From the IMG/VR virus record IMGVR_UViG_3300007512_000009, positions 32,001 through 96,000 of that record: a stretch of DNA of 64,000 nucleotides; one strand, written 5' to 3'. The notes under the pieces were generated by a model. It did no database searches and was not told where the DNA came from. It worked only from the letters and a program-made list of their open reading frames with translations. A program made the translations under genes and the position numbers. This stretch comes from a virus. Shown piece after piece: positions 28,418-40,635 of this stretch; positions within the stretch are counted from its first letter, which is position 1, and every line of letters starts with the position of its first letter.

Positions 28418-29425
28418 ATGGCATCAAAAACAATAAGATATAGTTATTTACTAACAGGTGGTAGAGTGAGTGGCGGCTCTGGTGGAACACCAGACAACGA
28501 TGACCTTACCGAACATGGTGCGAGTACGTATAGAACATATACTGTAGGTATCGATGATAAATTTTCAAAAGGAGATTCTAAACGAGCAAGAGGCAGTGTG
28601 ATGGAAGCACTTGGACCATATCCATATGGAACAGAATATATATTATACGCTGAAGGTGGATGCGGTGATTTTGTTTTGGGTACTACTTGCCAACAGCAAG
28701 TTGGTGGTGAAACATTAAATGCAATAGTGACATTATGGGAACACACTACTAGCCATAACTTTAACATTTGGCCAGGTAATACAAATGGATATATTCTTGG
28801 TATAGCAAATGTTGGCCCGACTGGTGGTACAGGACTCAACGGGCCGACGGGGCCTGGACACAGTGGTGGTTACACAGCCAATAGTGCAGGTACTGGTGGA
28901 AAAGTTTTTCATGGTACTACACATGGTTGGTCTGGTGGTGGTTGTTCTTGGGATGTTAGGGACATAAATAGAATAATAAATCCAGACGATTACAGAACTG
29001 TATGTACAGATTTCGAAATAGATGCTATCACCCAAGGTATTGATTATACTGCTTTATTATATAATGAAAGTGGTAATACACTGGATTTGACCAACACCAT
29101 TACCCACATGGAAGAGTTAAAACATAAAATATATAACAACCACACTATTTACGGTACTGCCAATGCGAATTTTTCTATAAGTGGATGTGTAATAATGGAT
29201 TCCAACGGAGATTCTTTTACTATAAATGCTATTTCAGGTGGAACACCAGATAATGGTAATGTATCTCAGTTTACTACTCTTTATTATCATTGGTCTATAG
29301 CCGATGATGCATTTGATGTAATTAGAGATGGAATTCTTTCTGACTATACAGCAGGAACTGGTGGTAGCCAAGGAGCATTAGATTCTGTTCATAAATTACG
29401 AACACTATACGATAGCAGGAATTGA
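28418..29425 (+). CDS. Hypothetical G/T-rich structural protein
   Basis: 335-aa ORF with GPTGGTGLNGPTGPG; directly upstream of gp13. Confidence 0.5.
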   Translation: MASKTIRYSYLLTGGRVSGGSGGTPDNDDLTEHGASTYRTYTVGIDDKFSKGDSKRARGSVMEALGPYPYGTEYILYAEGGCGDFVLGTTCQQQVGGETLNAIVTLWEHTTSHNFNIWPGNTNGYILGIANVGPTGGTGLNGPTGPGHSGGYTANSAGTGGKVFHGTTHGWSGGGCSWDVRDINRIINPDDYRTVCTDFEIDAITQGIDYTALLYNESGNTLDLTNTITHMEELKHKIYNNHTIYGTANANFSISGCVIMDSNGDSFTINAISGGTPDNGNVSQFTTLYYHWSIADDAFDVIRDGILSDYTAGTGGSQGALDSVHKLRTLYDSRN

Positions 29426-29434
29426 ACATAAAAT

Positions 29435-30184
29435 ATGGCTACACCAACATCCAGACAGACTCTTAAAGAATACTCACTACGAAGGTTGGGTCATCCTGTC
29501 ATCGAAATTAATATTGATGACTCTCAGATGGAAGATAACCTTGATGATGCTATCCAATTCTTCCAAGAATACCACTTTGATGGTGTGCTTCAAGTATATT
29601 TAAAACACCAAGTCACATCAAGTGATATAACTAATGGTTATATAGACATGGATGCTGTTGATTCGAATGTAGTTTCTGTAACTAAACTATTCAATCTCGC
29701 TGTAAATTCAGTAAATCTCTTCGATGTTTCCTACCAACTTGCATTGAACGACTTCTTTGGTACTTTTACTTCAGGTACTTTAACTAATTACACACTAAAC
29801 AAGCAACACCTAGAAATGTTGGAAGACATTTTAGACCCAGAAAAGAATATACGATTTAATAAGGTGCAAAATAGATTATATGGTGATTTTAATTGGAGCG
29901 ATGATTTGGATGCTGATGATTATCTTGTTATAGAAGCATATTCAAAGTTAGACCCAGAAACTTATACAGAAATTTATAATGATAGACTATTAAAAAAATA
30001 TACTACTGCATTATTTAAAAGAACATGGGGCAGTAACTTATCGAAATTTGAAGGTGTTCAATTGCCTGGCGGAATCCAATTTAACGGTCAAAGGATTTTG
30101 GATGAGGCTAGAGAAGAAATTCAAAAGATAGAAGAAGAGGTGCAAGAAACTTATGAATTACCACCAGACTTCAGTGTAGGATAA
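29435..30184 (+). CDS. gp13: Neck protein gp13
   Basis: PTSRQTLKEYSLRRLG.PVIEINIDD.Q, LKKYTTAL.KR.WG.NL.KFEG.QLPGG. Confidence 0.96.
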   Translation: MATPTSRQTLKEYSLRRLGHPVIEINIDDSQMEDNLDDAIQFFQEYHFDGVLQVYLKHQVTSSDITNGYIDMDAVDSNVVSVTKLFNLAVNSVNLFDVSYQLALNDFFGTFTSGTLTNYTLNKQHLEMLEDILDPEKNIRFNKVQNRLYGDFNWSDDLDADDYLVIEAYSKLDPETYTEIYNDRLLKKYTTALFKRTWGSNLSKFEGVQLPGGIQFNGQRILDEAREEIQKIEEEVQETYELPPDFSVG

Positions 30185-30203
30185 AAGGGGTTAAATAACA
30201 TTT

Positions 30204-31076
30204 ATGGCTATTAATCCACATTTTAAACCCCAAAAAGGTGAACAAGATATAATTGAAGACTTGACCGTAGAAACGATTAAAATTCACGGTCATGATTTTA
30301 TATATTTACCAAGAACACTAGTTAAAGAAGATGAATTGTTTGGTGAAGATGTACTATCTAAATTCACCAATGGGATAGAGTTGGAAATGTATATTGAATC
30401 TGTAGACGGATTTGAGGGCGAAGGTGATTTTATCTCTAAATTTGGTCTTGAAATTAGGGATTCGATGAGTTTGGTATTGTCTAAGAAAAGATTTACACAA
30501 GAGGTGACACCTGTAGTACCTACTGTTTTAACTCCTAGAGAGGGGGATTTGATTTATTTTCCCAAAACACAGGGTATTTTTGAAATCAAATTCGTAGAAC
30601 ATGAAAACCCATTCTACCAATTAAACAAACTATATACCTATAAACTTTCATGTGAGTTATTCCAATACAGTCAAGAAGATATCGATACTGGTTGGACAAA
30701 TGTGGATAAAATTGAATCCGACAGGATGGATTTTGTCGTTGAATTAACTATGACTGGTGGTGTAACTGGTACGTTTGAAACTGGTGAATATATATTTGAT
30801 AATGCAACGTATGCTACTTCAACCAACACCGCAGAAGTTATCAAATGGACATCTTCTACTAAGGTTATGCAAATTGCAGGTCAATCTGGTAATATCGGAC
30901 TGGTTGGGGTCACAGGACAATGTGGTGGATATGCAGTTGTCGGTTCTACAGCATCACCATCAACTACTACTGTCATCCCTACAGACACCTATTCCGATAA
31001 TAGGGATTTCCAAATTGAAGCAGATGATATATTTGACTTTACTGACCAAGACCCATTCTCAGAGGGTAATTATTAA
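30204..31076 (+). CDS. gp14: Neck protein gp14
   Basis: EQ.IIEDL..E.IKIHG, YLPR, SKFGLEIRD, PREGDLIYFP, FEIKFVEHENPFYQL, DPFSE. Confidence 0.96.
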   Translation: MAINPHFKPQKGEQDIIEDLTVETIKIHGHDFIYLPRTLVKEDELFGEDVLSKFTNGIELEMYIESVDGFEGEGDFISKFGLEIRDSMSLVLSKKRFTQEVTPVVPTVLTPREGDLIYFPKTQGIFEIKFVEHENPFYQLNKLYTYKLSCELFQYSQEDIDTGWTNVDKIESDRMDFVVELTMTGGVTGTFETGEYIFDNATYATSTNTAEVIKWTSSTKVMQIAGQSGNIGLVGVTGQCGGYAVVGSTASPSTTTVIPTDTYSDNRDFQIEADDIFDFTDQDPFSEGNY

Positions 31077-31914
31077 TGTTTGAGATTTTTTATAACAAAG
31101 CAGTAAGAAAACTCACAGTAGCAATGGGTTCTCTGTTCAACAATATTCATGTTGTAAGAACCGATGCTGATGGTGATATCACATCTCAAATTCGTGTACC
31201 CTTAGGTTACGGGCCGAAAGAAAAATGGATTAGAAGACTTAGAGAATCCAACTCTCTTGCGGATGATACTAATGATGTAGAAATTACTTTACCGAGATTA
31301 AGTTTCGAAATGAATAGTATCCATTATGACCCTGCTAGAAAGAAAAATACCATGCAAAAAAGATGGTATAGACACACCGATAATACTAAATTATATACAA
31401 ACTACATAGAAGTACCCTATGATTTTGAGTTTAGTGTTACTGCTATGGTGAAATTTATGGAAGATGGGTTGTGTATTATGGAGCAAATTTTACCATATTT
31501 CACTCCTGAGTTTACTGTTACTATCAACTTTAATGACATTAATCAATCTGTTGATATCCCTATTATCCTTAACTCTGTAGAAGTGAATGAAGAATATGAA
31601 GGTGATTTTGATGCACGAAGATTGATTACTTTTGACATGTCGTTCACAGCGAAATCCAACGTGTTTGGCCCAACAAAAACAAGCCAACCTATTCAAACAG
31701 CAATTGCTACTATCTGGGAGCCAAATTCATTCTACCACGATGGTACATCTCTTGGTATGTCTGGTACAACTGCAGCCATGTCCAAACTTACTGTCGGTGT
31801 TACGGGACCAAGTGGTGCGTCTTCTGGTGTGGATACCTTCACTGGATTTACTGTGGGAACTAGAGTTTATGGTATGACTGGAGAAGATGGTATAAGTCTT
31901 GATGGAACTAATTT

Positions 31915-31918
<4 letters not shown>
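31076..31918 (+). CDS. gp15: Tail terminator / sheath stabiliser gp15
   Basis: FYN..VRK..VAMG.LFNNI, VPL.YGPKEK, LPRLSFEM, EQILPYF.P, YEGDF..RR. Confidence 0.96.
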
Positions 31919-34051
<2,133 letters not shown>

Positions 34052-34063
34052 AAAACTAAAGGG

Positions 34064-34071
34064 TATAAATA
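34064..34071 (+). promoter_or_regulatory. Late promoter TATAAATA
   Basis: Exact motif upstream of gp18. Confidence 0.75.
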
Positions 34072-34139
34072 TTCACATAAAAGTATACTTATTGGTTTAT
34101 ATTATAGACCATAAACAAAGAATTAGAGGAGAATGAAGT

Positions 34140-36005
34140 ATGGCATTTCAAGTAAGCCCTGGCGTAGTAGTCAAGGAAGAAGACCTTTCCAGTTATATAC
34201 CTGCGGTATCTTCAACCATAGCAGGTTTTGCGGGCCACTTTAGGTGGGGACCTGCGGGTGTAATAGTGACTGTAGACAGTGAAAATAACCTAAAACAGTT
34301 GTTTGGTAAACCCACAGAAACAAATTATGAACAATGGTTTACGGCCGCAAACTTTTTGAATTATGGTAGTAATCTTAAAGTGGTAAGAACAGTTAATACT
34401 GATAGCACTGGTGCACATGCCGCCAACGCATCGGGACCATCAGGGGCTGCTTCTTCGGGGGCTGTCAAACTCACAACTAGCACATCCAACGTTGAAGCAT
34501 CCAAAACCACAGCAGGTGGTTCTGGTGGTCAACAATGGCAAGCAAAATATCCTGGCTCAATGGGCGACTCTTTGAAAGTTGTCTGGTGGGACGGTGGTCA
34601 CTCTGGCCCTGCAGGTTCAACACAAGCACCACCACTTGCACATCTTGGTGTATCAGCAGGTGCTTATAAAAACTGGACATATGTGGATTATTTCACTACT
34701 AACATGCCTTTTACAACTGGTTGGGCAAACACCTTAACTGGTAGCGACACTGTTTATGATGGTGTAAATATCGCAATTATAGATGAAGATGGTGAATTCA
34801 CTGGTACTAAAGGTACTGTTGTCGAAACATTTAATGCTGTATCAAAGGCAAGTAATGCCAGAAATGCAGACAATACAAGCAACTACTATTTAGATGTAAT
34901 CAATAATACATCAAAATATGTCTGGTCATTAGCACATCCTTATGAGGCAACACCAAACGTTAACGCAGACCAAGGTGTTTCTGGTGGTTCACAAAACTGG
35001 GGTACAGACCTAACTGTTAGTGGTGGTACTTACGATGTACTTTACACGGGTGCTACCTCAGGTGCTCAATTCAGTCTAGCAGGCGGTTCTGGTGAAACAA
35101 CTGGTACAGTTGGTGCAGGAAGTGGTAGCACAATGGACTTCGGTCTTTTCTATGACACAGAAACAGTTGATGTTAGTGTTTTACTAGGTGGCCCTGCTAA
35201 TAATACTCTTGCAGGTCAACTAGTTGATTTAGCAGATACTAGAAAGGACTGTGTGGTGTTCCTTTCACCAGAAAAGGCAGACACGATTTCAGGTAGTACA
35301 CCACTCGATGAATCAACCGCAGAAACTAACGTTCTCGATTTCAGAAACGCACAACTAAACAAGAATAGTTCTTATGCATTCCTCGATTCTGGTTGGAAGT
35401 ACATGTACGACCGTTATAACGATAAATATCGATGGGTGCCGCTATGTGCTGATACTGCAGGTCTTGCGGTACGTTCTGATGAAGAAACAGAAACGTGGTT
35501 CTCGCCTGCGGGATTCAACCGTGGTCAACTACGAAATGTAGTTAAACTATCATGGAATCCACGTAAAGCACATCGTGACAATCTTTATCAAGACCAAGTT
35601 AACCCAGTAGTTTCCTTCCCTGGCGAAGGTACAGTGTTATGGGGTGACAAAACACTTCTGACTAAACCAAGTGCGTTCGACCGATTGAATGTCAGAAGGT
35701 TGTTCATTGTCCTTGAAAAAGCAATATCAACAGCATCCAAATACCAAATCTTTGAACAAAACGACGAATTTACTCGTTCTAACTTCAAGGGTATGATTGA
35801 ACCATTCCTTCGGGATGTTCAATCGAGAAGGGGTTTATCTGACTTCAAGGTAATCTGTGATGATACTAATAACACATCAGCAGTGGTAGATAGGAATGAA
35901 TTTGTCGCTGACATCTTCATTAAGCCTATTAAATCTATTAACTACATCACTTTGACATTTGTTGCGACTTCACAAGGTGTAGATTTCACAGAGATAGGTT
36001 CATAA
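34140..36005 (+). CDS. gp18: Tail sheath protein gp18
   Basis: MAFQVSPGVVVKEEDL, F.WGP, DSGWKYMYDRYND.YRWVP, WFSPAGFNRG, FDRLNVRRLF, FVADIFIKP. Confidence 0.98.
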   Translation: MAFQVSPGVVVKEEDLSSYIPAVSSTIAGFAGHFRWGPAGVIVTVDSENNLKQLFGKPTETNYEQWFTAANFLNYGSNLKVVRTVNTDSTGAHAANASGPSGAASSGAVKLTTSTSNVEASKTTAGGSGGQQWQAKYPGSMGDSLKVVWWDGGHSGPAGSTQAPPLAHLGVSAGAYKNWTYVDYFTTNMPFTTGWANTLTGSDTVYDGVNIAIIDEDGEFTGTKGTVVETFNAVSKASNARNADNTSNYYLDVINNTSKYVWSLAHPYEATPNVNADQGVSGGSQNWGTDLTVSGGTYDVLYTGATSGAQFSLAGGSGETTGTVGAGSGSTMDFGLFYDTETVDVSVLLGGPANNTLAGQLVDLADTRKDCVVFLSPEKADTISGSTPLDESTAETNVLDFRNAQLNKNSSYAFLDSGWKYMYDRYNDKYRWVPLCADTAGLAVRSDEETETWFSPAGFNRGQLRNVVKLSWNPRKAHRDNLYQDQVNPVVSFPGEGTVLWGDKTLLTKPSAFDRLNVRRLFIVLEKAISTASKYQIFEQNDEFTRSNFKGMIEPFLRDVQSRRGLSDFKVICDDTNNTSAVVDRNEFVADIFIKPIKSINYITLTFVATSQGVDFTEIGS

Positions 36006-36011
36006 AGTTAA

Positions 36012-36019
36012 TATAAATA
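36012..36019 (+). promoter_or_regulatory. Late promoter TATAAATA
   Basis: Exact motif upstream of gp19, followed by SD AGGAG. Confidence 0.75.
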
Positions 36020-36039
36020 ATTCTAGGAGAACACAATAA

Positions 36040-36597
36040 ATGCGTATAGATGACTTTAAAAATGCACTAGCAAAAGGTGGTGTAAGAGCAAATCTCTTTA
36101 GGGTGATGGGTAATATTGGGAATACAACTTTACCAAATAAAATAGGATTCCTATGCAAGGCGGCTTCTTTACCTGCATCTACTATCACACCAATCGAGGT
36201 CCCTTATAGAGGACGAAAATTGAAATTACCTGGCGACAGGGAGTATGCTGAATGGACACTAACATTTATCAGTGATGGTGATTTTGAACTTCGTAATGCA
36301 TTTGAAAAATGGATGGACGACCTAAACAAAACAGTCGATAATGTTTCAACTGAACCTTTAAACCTTAAGGGCCCGTTATTCCCAGACTGGAATATAGACC
36401 AACTAGACAGAACTGGAGAACCGATTAAATCATATAGGTTCTTCTCCTGTTGGCCTTCGGAAGTAAGTGCAATTGATGTTACTTATGATAGTACAGACTT
36501 AGTAGAGTTTACAGTTACACTACAGTACGTATACTTTATTACTCAAGACACCGATGAGAGTGTGGAAACAGGTATTGCAGCCTCGCCTGGCAGTTAA
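36040..36597 (+). CDS. gp19: Tail tube protein gp19
   Basis: GGVRANLF, FLCKAASLP, VPYRGR..K.PGDR.Y..WT.T, LRNAFEKW, QLDR.G, FTVTLQY. Confidence 0.97.
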   Translation: MRIDDFKNALAKGGVRANLFRVMGNIGNTTLPNKIGFLCKAASLPASTITPIEVPYRGRKLKLPGDREYAEWTLTFISDGDFELRNAFEKWMDDLNKTVDNVSTEPLNLKGPLFPDWNIDQLDRTGEPIKSYRFFSCWPSEVSAIDVTYDSTDLVEFTVTLQYVYFITQDTDESVETGIAASPGS

Positions 36598-36669
36598 TAA
36601 CATGATATATTGTTATGGTTGGGTAATTAAAATAAATACTTATTTTTGTTATAGAAAGGAAGTTTAATT

Positions 36670-38190
36670 ATGCCAATTGAGTTATTCGGTTTTAGTATCG
36701 GAAGAAAGAATCAAAAGTCTGAAGAAGACAAAAGGAACGAATTAAAATCCTTTGTTAAGCCTGAACAAGAAGATGGTTCTACAATCATTGATTCTGGTGC
36801 GGGACATTTTGGTACATATATCGATTTTAATAATGAAGTAAAATCGGAAATCGAATTTATTAACAGGTATAGGGAAATGGCATTACATCCAGAAGTGGAA
36901 GGTGCTGTCGAAGACATCGTTAACGAATCAATTGTTTATGACCGTGAAAAGAAAAGCGTTGAGTTATCATTGGAACAAGTGGATTTGTCAGATAACATTA
37001 AAGACAAAATCCATGAAGAATATGACTATCTTTATAATCTTTTAAATTTTCCTAATAAAGGTTTCGAAATATTTAGGAGATGGTTTATTGATGGTAAAAT
37101 TTACTACCATATGGTTGTCGATTCAAAGAGCCCTAAAAAGGGTATTTTAGATATTAGATATGTAGACCCTACTCTTATTAAAAAGGTTATTGAATTAGAA
37201 AAGGGTCTGGACAACCAACAGGGTAAGAATGCCTCTGAGCAAGTAGAAATTGTCAAAAAGGCAGAAGAATACTTCATTTATAAAGAGAAACCAGAACAAT
37301 CTACTGGTATCAAAATCGCTCCAGAAGCGGTATGTTATACAACTTCAGGTTTATATGATGCAAGCAATAGAAAAGTTATTAGTTACCTTCATAAGGCAAT
37401 TAAACCTTTAAACCAACTTCGTATGATTGAGGATGCTGTAGTTATTTATCGGATATCACGTGCTCCTGAAAGAAGAATTTTCTATATTGATGTTGGTAAA
37501 CTCCCTAAGACAAAAGCAGAACAATATGTTCGCTCAATAATGAATAAATATAGAAATAAACTGGTATATGATGCCAGTACAGGCGCTATTCGTGATGATA
37601 AAAAACATATGAATATGCTTGAAGATTTCTGGTTGCCTAGACAGGAAGGTGGTAGAGGAACTGAGATTTCAACCTTAGATGGTGGACAAAATCTGGGTGA
37701 AATGGATGATGTTATATACTTCCAAAAGAAACTATATCAAGCATTAAATGTTCCTAGAACACGATTAGAGTTGGGTGAACAGTTTAATATGGGACGAGCA
37801 TCAGAAATCACTCGTGACGAAGTTAAATTTATGAAATATATTGATAGACTCCGTAACAAGTTCTGTGAAATATTTAAAACAATGCTCAAAACTCAATGCT
37901 TACTAAAAGGTATTATGACTGACCAAGACTGGGAAAAAATATTTGTTGACATTTCCTTTGATTTCATTCGTGATAATCATTTTTCAGAATTGAAAGACTA
38001 TGAAATTATTACTGAAAGAATGAATATTCTTCGTGATGTTAATGACTACATTGGTAAATATTATTCTGTAGAATGGGTAAGAAAGAACATCTTGCAACAA
38101 TCTGAAGAAGAAATGAAAGACCTAGATAAAGAGATAGCAAAGGAAAGGGAAGACGGTATAATTACTGACGACAGTAATGAAGGATATTAA
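36670..38190 (+). CDS. gp20: Portal protein gp20
   Basis: LFGFSI, YREMALHPEV, FRRWFIDG, SYLHKAIKPLNQLRMIEDAVVIYRISRAPERRIFYIDVG, EDFWLPR. Confidence 0.98.
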   Translation: MPIELFGFSIGRKNQKSEEDKRNELKSFVKPEQEDGSTIIDSGAGHFGTYIDFNNEVKSEIEFINRYREMALHPEVEGAVEDIVNESIVYDREKKSVELSLEQVDLSDNIKDKIHEEYDYLYNLLNFPNKGFEIFRRWFIDGKIYYHMVVDSKSPKKGILDIRYVDPTLIKKVIELEKGLDNQQGKNASEQVEIVKKAEEYFIYKEKPEQSTGIKIAPEAVCYTTSGLYDASNRKVISYLHKAIKPLNQLRMIEDAVVIYRISRAPERRIFYIDVGKLPKTKAEQYVRSIMNKYRNKLVYDASTGAIRDDKKHMNMLEDFWLPRQEGGRGTEISTLDGGQNLGEMDDVIYFQKKLYQALNVPRTRLELGEQFNMGRASEITRDEVKFMKYIDRLRNKFCEIFKTMLKTQCLLKGIMTDQDWEKIFVDISFDFIRDNHFSELKDYEIITERMNILRDVNDYIGKYYSVEWVRKNILQQSEEEMKDLDKEIAKEREDGIITDDSNEGY

Positions 38191-38194
38191 CTAA

Positions 38195-39619
38195 ATGTTT
38201 AACAGCAAAGACATTATAGAAGCATTATCAAATAAAGAGTTTTCTATAGCAGAAAACATCGCTAAAAAAAGTCTTGCTGAGGTATCTTTGTCGTACATTG
38301 GACATATTAAAAATACCACAGCAAAAACTTCTGTAACAGAAGCAGAAGAACCACCAGATAAAGAAGATGTACAAGGTACTGAAGAAGACCCAATTCTTGA
38401 CCCTGCACTTGACCGTGAGTATTTTTTGAAATCTTTTGAAGAAGATGGTGTACTAATCACAATAAAAACTATAGGTGTTGGTAAAAATAAACCAGTATCC
38501 GTTTATTTTGATGATGTTAGATGGGAGATGTTCCCCGGCCCAATTAATGCTGAAAAGCATGCAAAAGAATTTATCAAAAGCAAGCAATATGACCTATGGA
38601 GAGGACGAAAAGGACTAAAAGACATTGAATCCTCGGAAGAAGAAAATAAAGTTGAGGTAAAAGAATCCGTAAATTTTCTCGAAGCGATTGACATGACTGT
38701 TGGTGGTAAAACTTTTACCGTGTCAATCGCTAATACACCAGAATCACTACAGAAAGGTTTGATGCACGAAAAATCGATGGATAGTAATAAAGGTGTCCTT
38801 CTGGTTTTTGATGAATCAGCACAACATGGTATTTGGATGAAGAATACTCATATTCCTTTAGATGTTATATGGGTTACCGAGTCAGGAACAGTCGTTGAAG
38901 TTCAAAGATTAGAGCCCTACGATGAAGAAATCAAATATCCTCATACACCTGCAAGATACGTACTTGAGTTGAATGCAGGTGAGTTTACTGGTAAAATAGG
39001 TGACCAGATAAAACTTGAAGACCAAATGGTAAATGAGATTACCATTCAGGGTCGGAGAAACATTGCAAGGGCCTCAAGAAAAACTGCAAAACGCCGTGCT
39101 GTTAGTGCAAAAAGAAAAAAGAGGCGACGGAAAACCAAAGAAGAATTAATGACCAAGGCTAGAAAAATGGCTAGGGATAAAATTAAGAAGAAATTTCTTA
39201 AAGGTAGAAATGAAAATGAATTAAGTTTTGCTGCCAGAGAAACCCTTGAAAAGAAAGTTAATACAATGAAGGGTAAAATTGAAAAAATTGCTAATAAAAT
39301 GTTTGTTGTTGCTAAAAAACAAGAAGCAGAAAGACTTAAAGCAATGCAAGGTAGCAAAAAAGATGAATCCGTTTTGAATACCCTTACTAAAATGGTTGAA
39401 TCCCAAAAACCATCTACTATTATTTTCGATGATGGCGATTCGTTAAAAATAAAACCAGAGATAGCAGGGGTGGTTTTAGCAATTCACGAGGCACTAAATA
39501 AAAGAAATAGGATTAAACTTGAAAAGATGATAAATAAAAATAGTTCTGGGTTCAAGGAAGTCATTGAGTTTTCTTATCAGAATTCGATTAGTAATAAAAA
39601 AATAGGACAAAAACTATGA
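38195..39619 (+). CDS. Modular prohead-core / internal head protein with embedded DUF192 domain
   Basis: Between portal and gp21; central segment (about 38693-39016) VSIANTPESLQKGLM..GVLLVF...GIWMKNTHIPLDVIW..ARYVLELNAG matches DUF192; flanked by basic and helical core-like segments. Confidence 0.7.
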   Translation: MFNSKDIIEALSNKEFSIAENIAKKSLAEVSLSYIGHIKNTTAKTSVTEAEEPPDKEDVQGTEEDPILDPALDREYFLKSFEEDGVLITIKTIGVGKNKPVSVYFDDVRWEMFPGPINAEKHAKEFIKSKQYDLWRGRKGLKDIESSEEENKVEVKESVNFLEAIDMTVGGKTFTVSIANTPESLQKGLMHEKSMDSNKGVLLVFDESAQHGIWMKNTHIPLDVIWVTESGTVVEVQRLEPYDEEIKYPHTPARYVLELNAGEFTGKIGDQIKLEDQMVNEITIQGRRNIARASRKTAKRRAVSAKRKKRRRKTKEELMTKARKMARDKIKKKFLKGRNENELSFAARETLEKKVNTMKGKIEKIANKMFVVAKKQEAERLKAMQGSKKDESVLNTLTKMVESQKPSTIIFDDGDSLKIKPEIAGVVLAIHEALNKRNRIKLEKMINKNSSGFKEVIEFSYQNSISNKKIGQKL

Positions 39620-39972
39620 GTGCTAAATTAATTATAGAAAATCTGCTTAATGATGACGCATATGGCGCCAAAAATAATATAGAAAATATACTATATACGA
39701 AAACTGGGGAGTCTATTAGTAGATTTACACCTAATTCAGTATCAAATAGTTTTAATACAGAAAATGCTGTACCTGTCTTGGGTGAAGCAGAACAAAGCCC
39801 TGAACAAAAAGCGTACCGAGCGTTATTTGACCGAATTTTAGCAAAATATGGTGTTGACAGTCCTAATGACTTAGAAGACAGTAAGAAAGATGATTTCTTT
39901 AACGAAGTAGAAAAAGCATGGAAAAAAGACCCCGCCAACGACAACGAAGGTGAGGGAGAGGAAGACGATTAA
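39616..39972 (+). CDS. Small prohead core protein (gp67/gp68-like)
   Basis: IIENLLNDD...AK..IE..L.K start and YRALFDRILAKYGVDSPNDL....K.DFF..V.K.W domain typical of T4-like core proteins; acidic tail. Confidence 0.55.
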   Translation: MSAKLIIENLLNDDAYGAKNNIENILYTKTGESISRFTPNSVSNSFNTENAVPVLGEAEQSPEQKAYRALFDRILAKYGVDSPNDLEDSKKDDFFNEVEKAWKKDPANDNEGEGEEDD

Positions 39973-39975
39973 CCA

Positions 39976-40620
39976 ATGAACATTCAAAATAGACATTTTT
40001 TAAGTAAAATAAACGGTATTGGTTACAATAATAACAACATTGCTGAAGATGGCGGTGATGGAGATGATGGTCATAATCAACTTATTGAATCAATGATGGT
40101 TATGTTAAATGAAAAACAATCAAACCAACCTCTTCGTACATATCCAATACTTAATCCTGATGGTTTAAGTCAACGTGAAATTCAGAAAAGATATCATGAT
40201 GACCCAGCCGGCAAGGAGGCCTGGGAGAGGAGACGCCAACGATTAAATAAAGAACTGGAAGATTTGGGGATTGACCCAATTGCTAACCCAATTGGAGAAA
40301 ATAACCAATTGGGTATGACTAAACAAGCAGGTTCGATGTTTCCAAGTGGTCAAATGTCAAAGGTTCTTGCTGAGCAATTACCATTATCACCACAAATGGC
40401 CGGACCAAGTGGAAGACCTGGCACTCACGCATCCAAAAGTATACGACCTATGGGAACAGGTGTCGGTAATGACCCACCACCTAGTTCAGACCAACAAAGA
40501 TTAGATGAATTGTTAGCGGGATGGGCGGACAACCCTAATGCCATGGCAGACCTACTTGCTCTTCTAGGTCAGTGGGGGGCCAATAGCCCTGCACCAAACT
40601 TGTCTAATTTACCAATATAA
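39976..40620 (+). CDS. Hypothetical protein in head-core cluster
   Basis: 214-aa low-complexity ORF between core genes and gp21. Confidence 0.55.
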   Translation: MNIQNRHFLSKINGIGYNNNNIAEDGGDGDDGHNQLIESMMVMLNEKQSNQPLRTYPILNPDGLSQREIQKRYHDDPAGKEAWERRRQRLNKELEDLGIDPIANPIGENNQLGMTKQAGSMFPSGQMSKVLAEQLPLSPQMAGPSGRPGTHASKSIRPMGTGVGNDPPPSSDQQRLDELLAGWADNPNAMADLLALLGQWGANSPAPNLSNLPI

Positions 40621-40635
40621 CACTAAAGGGCAACA

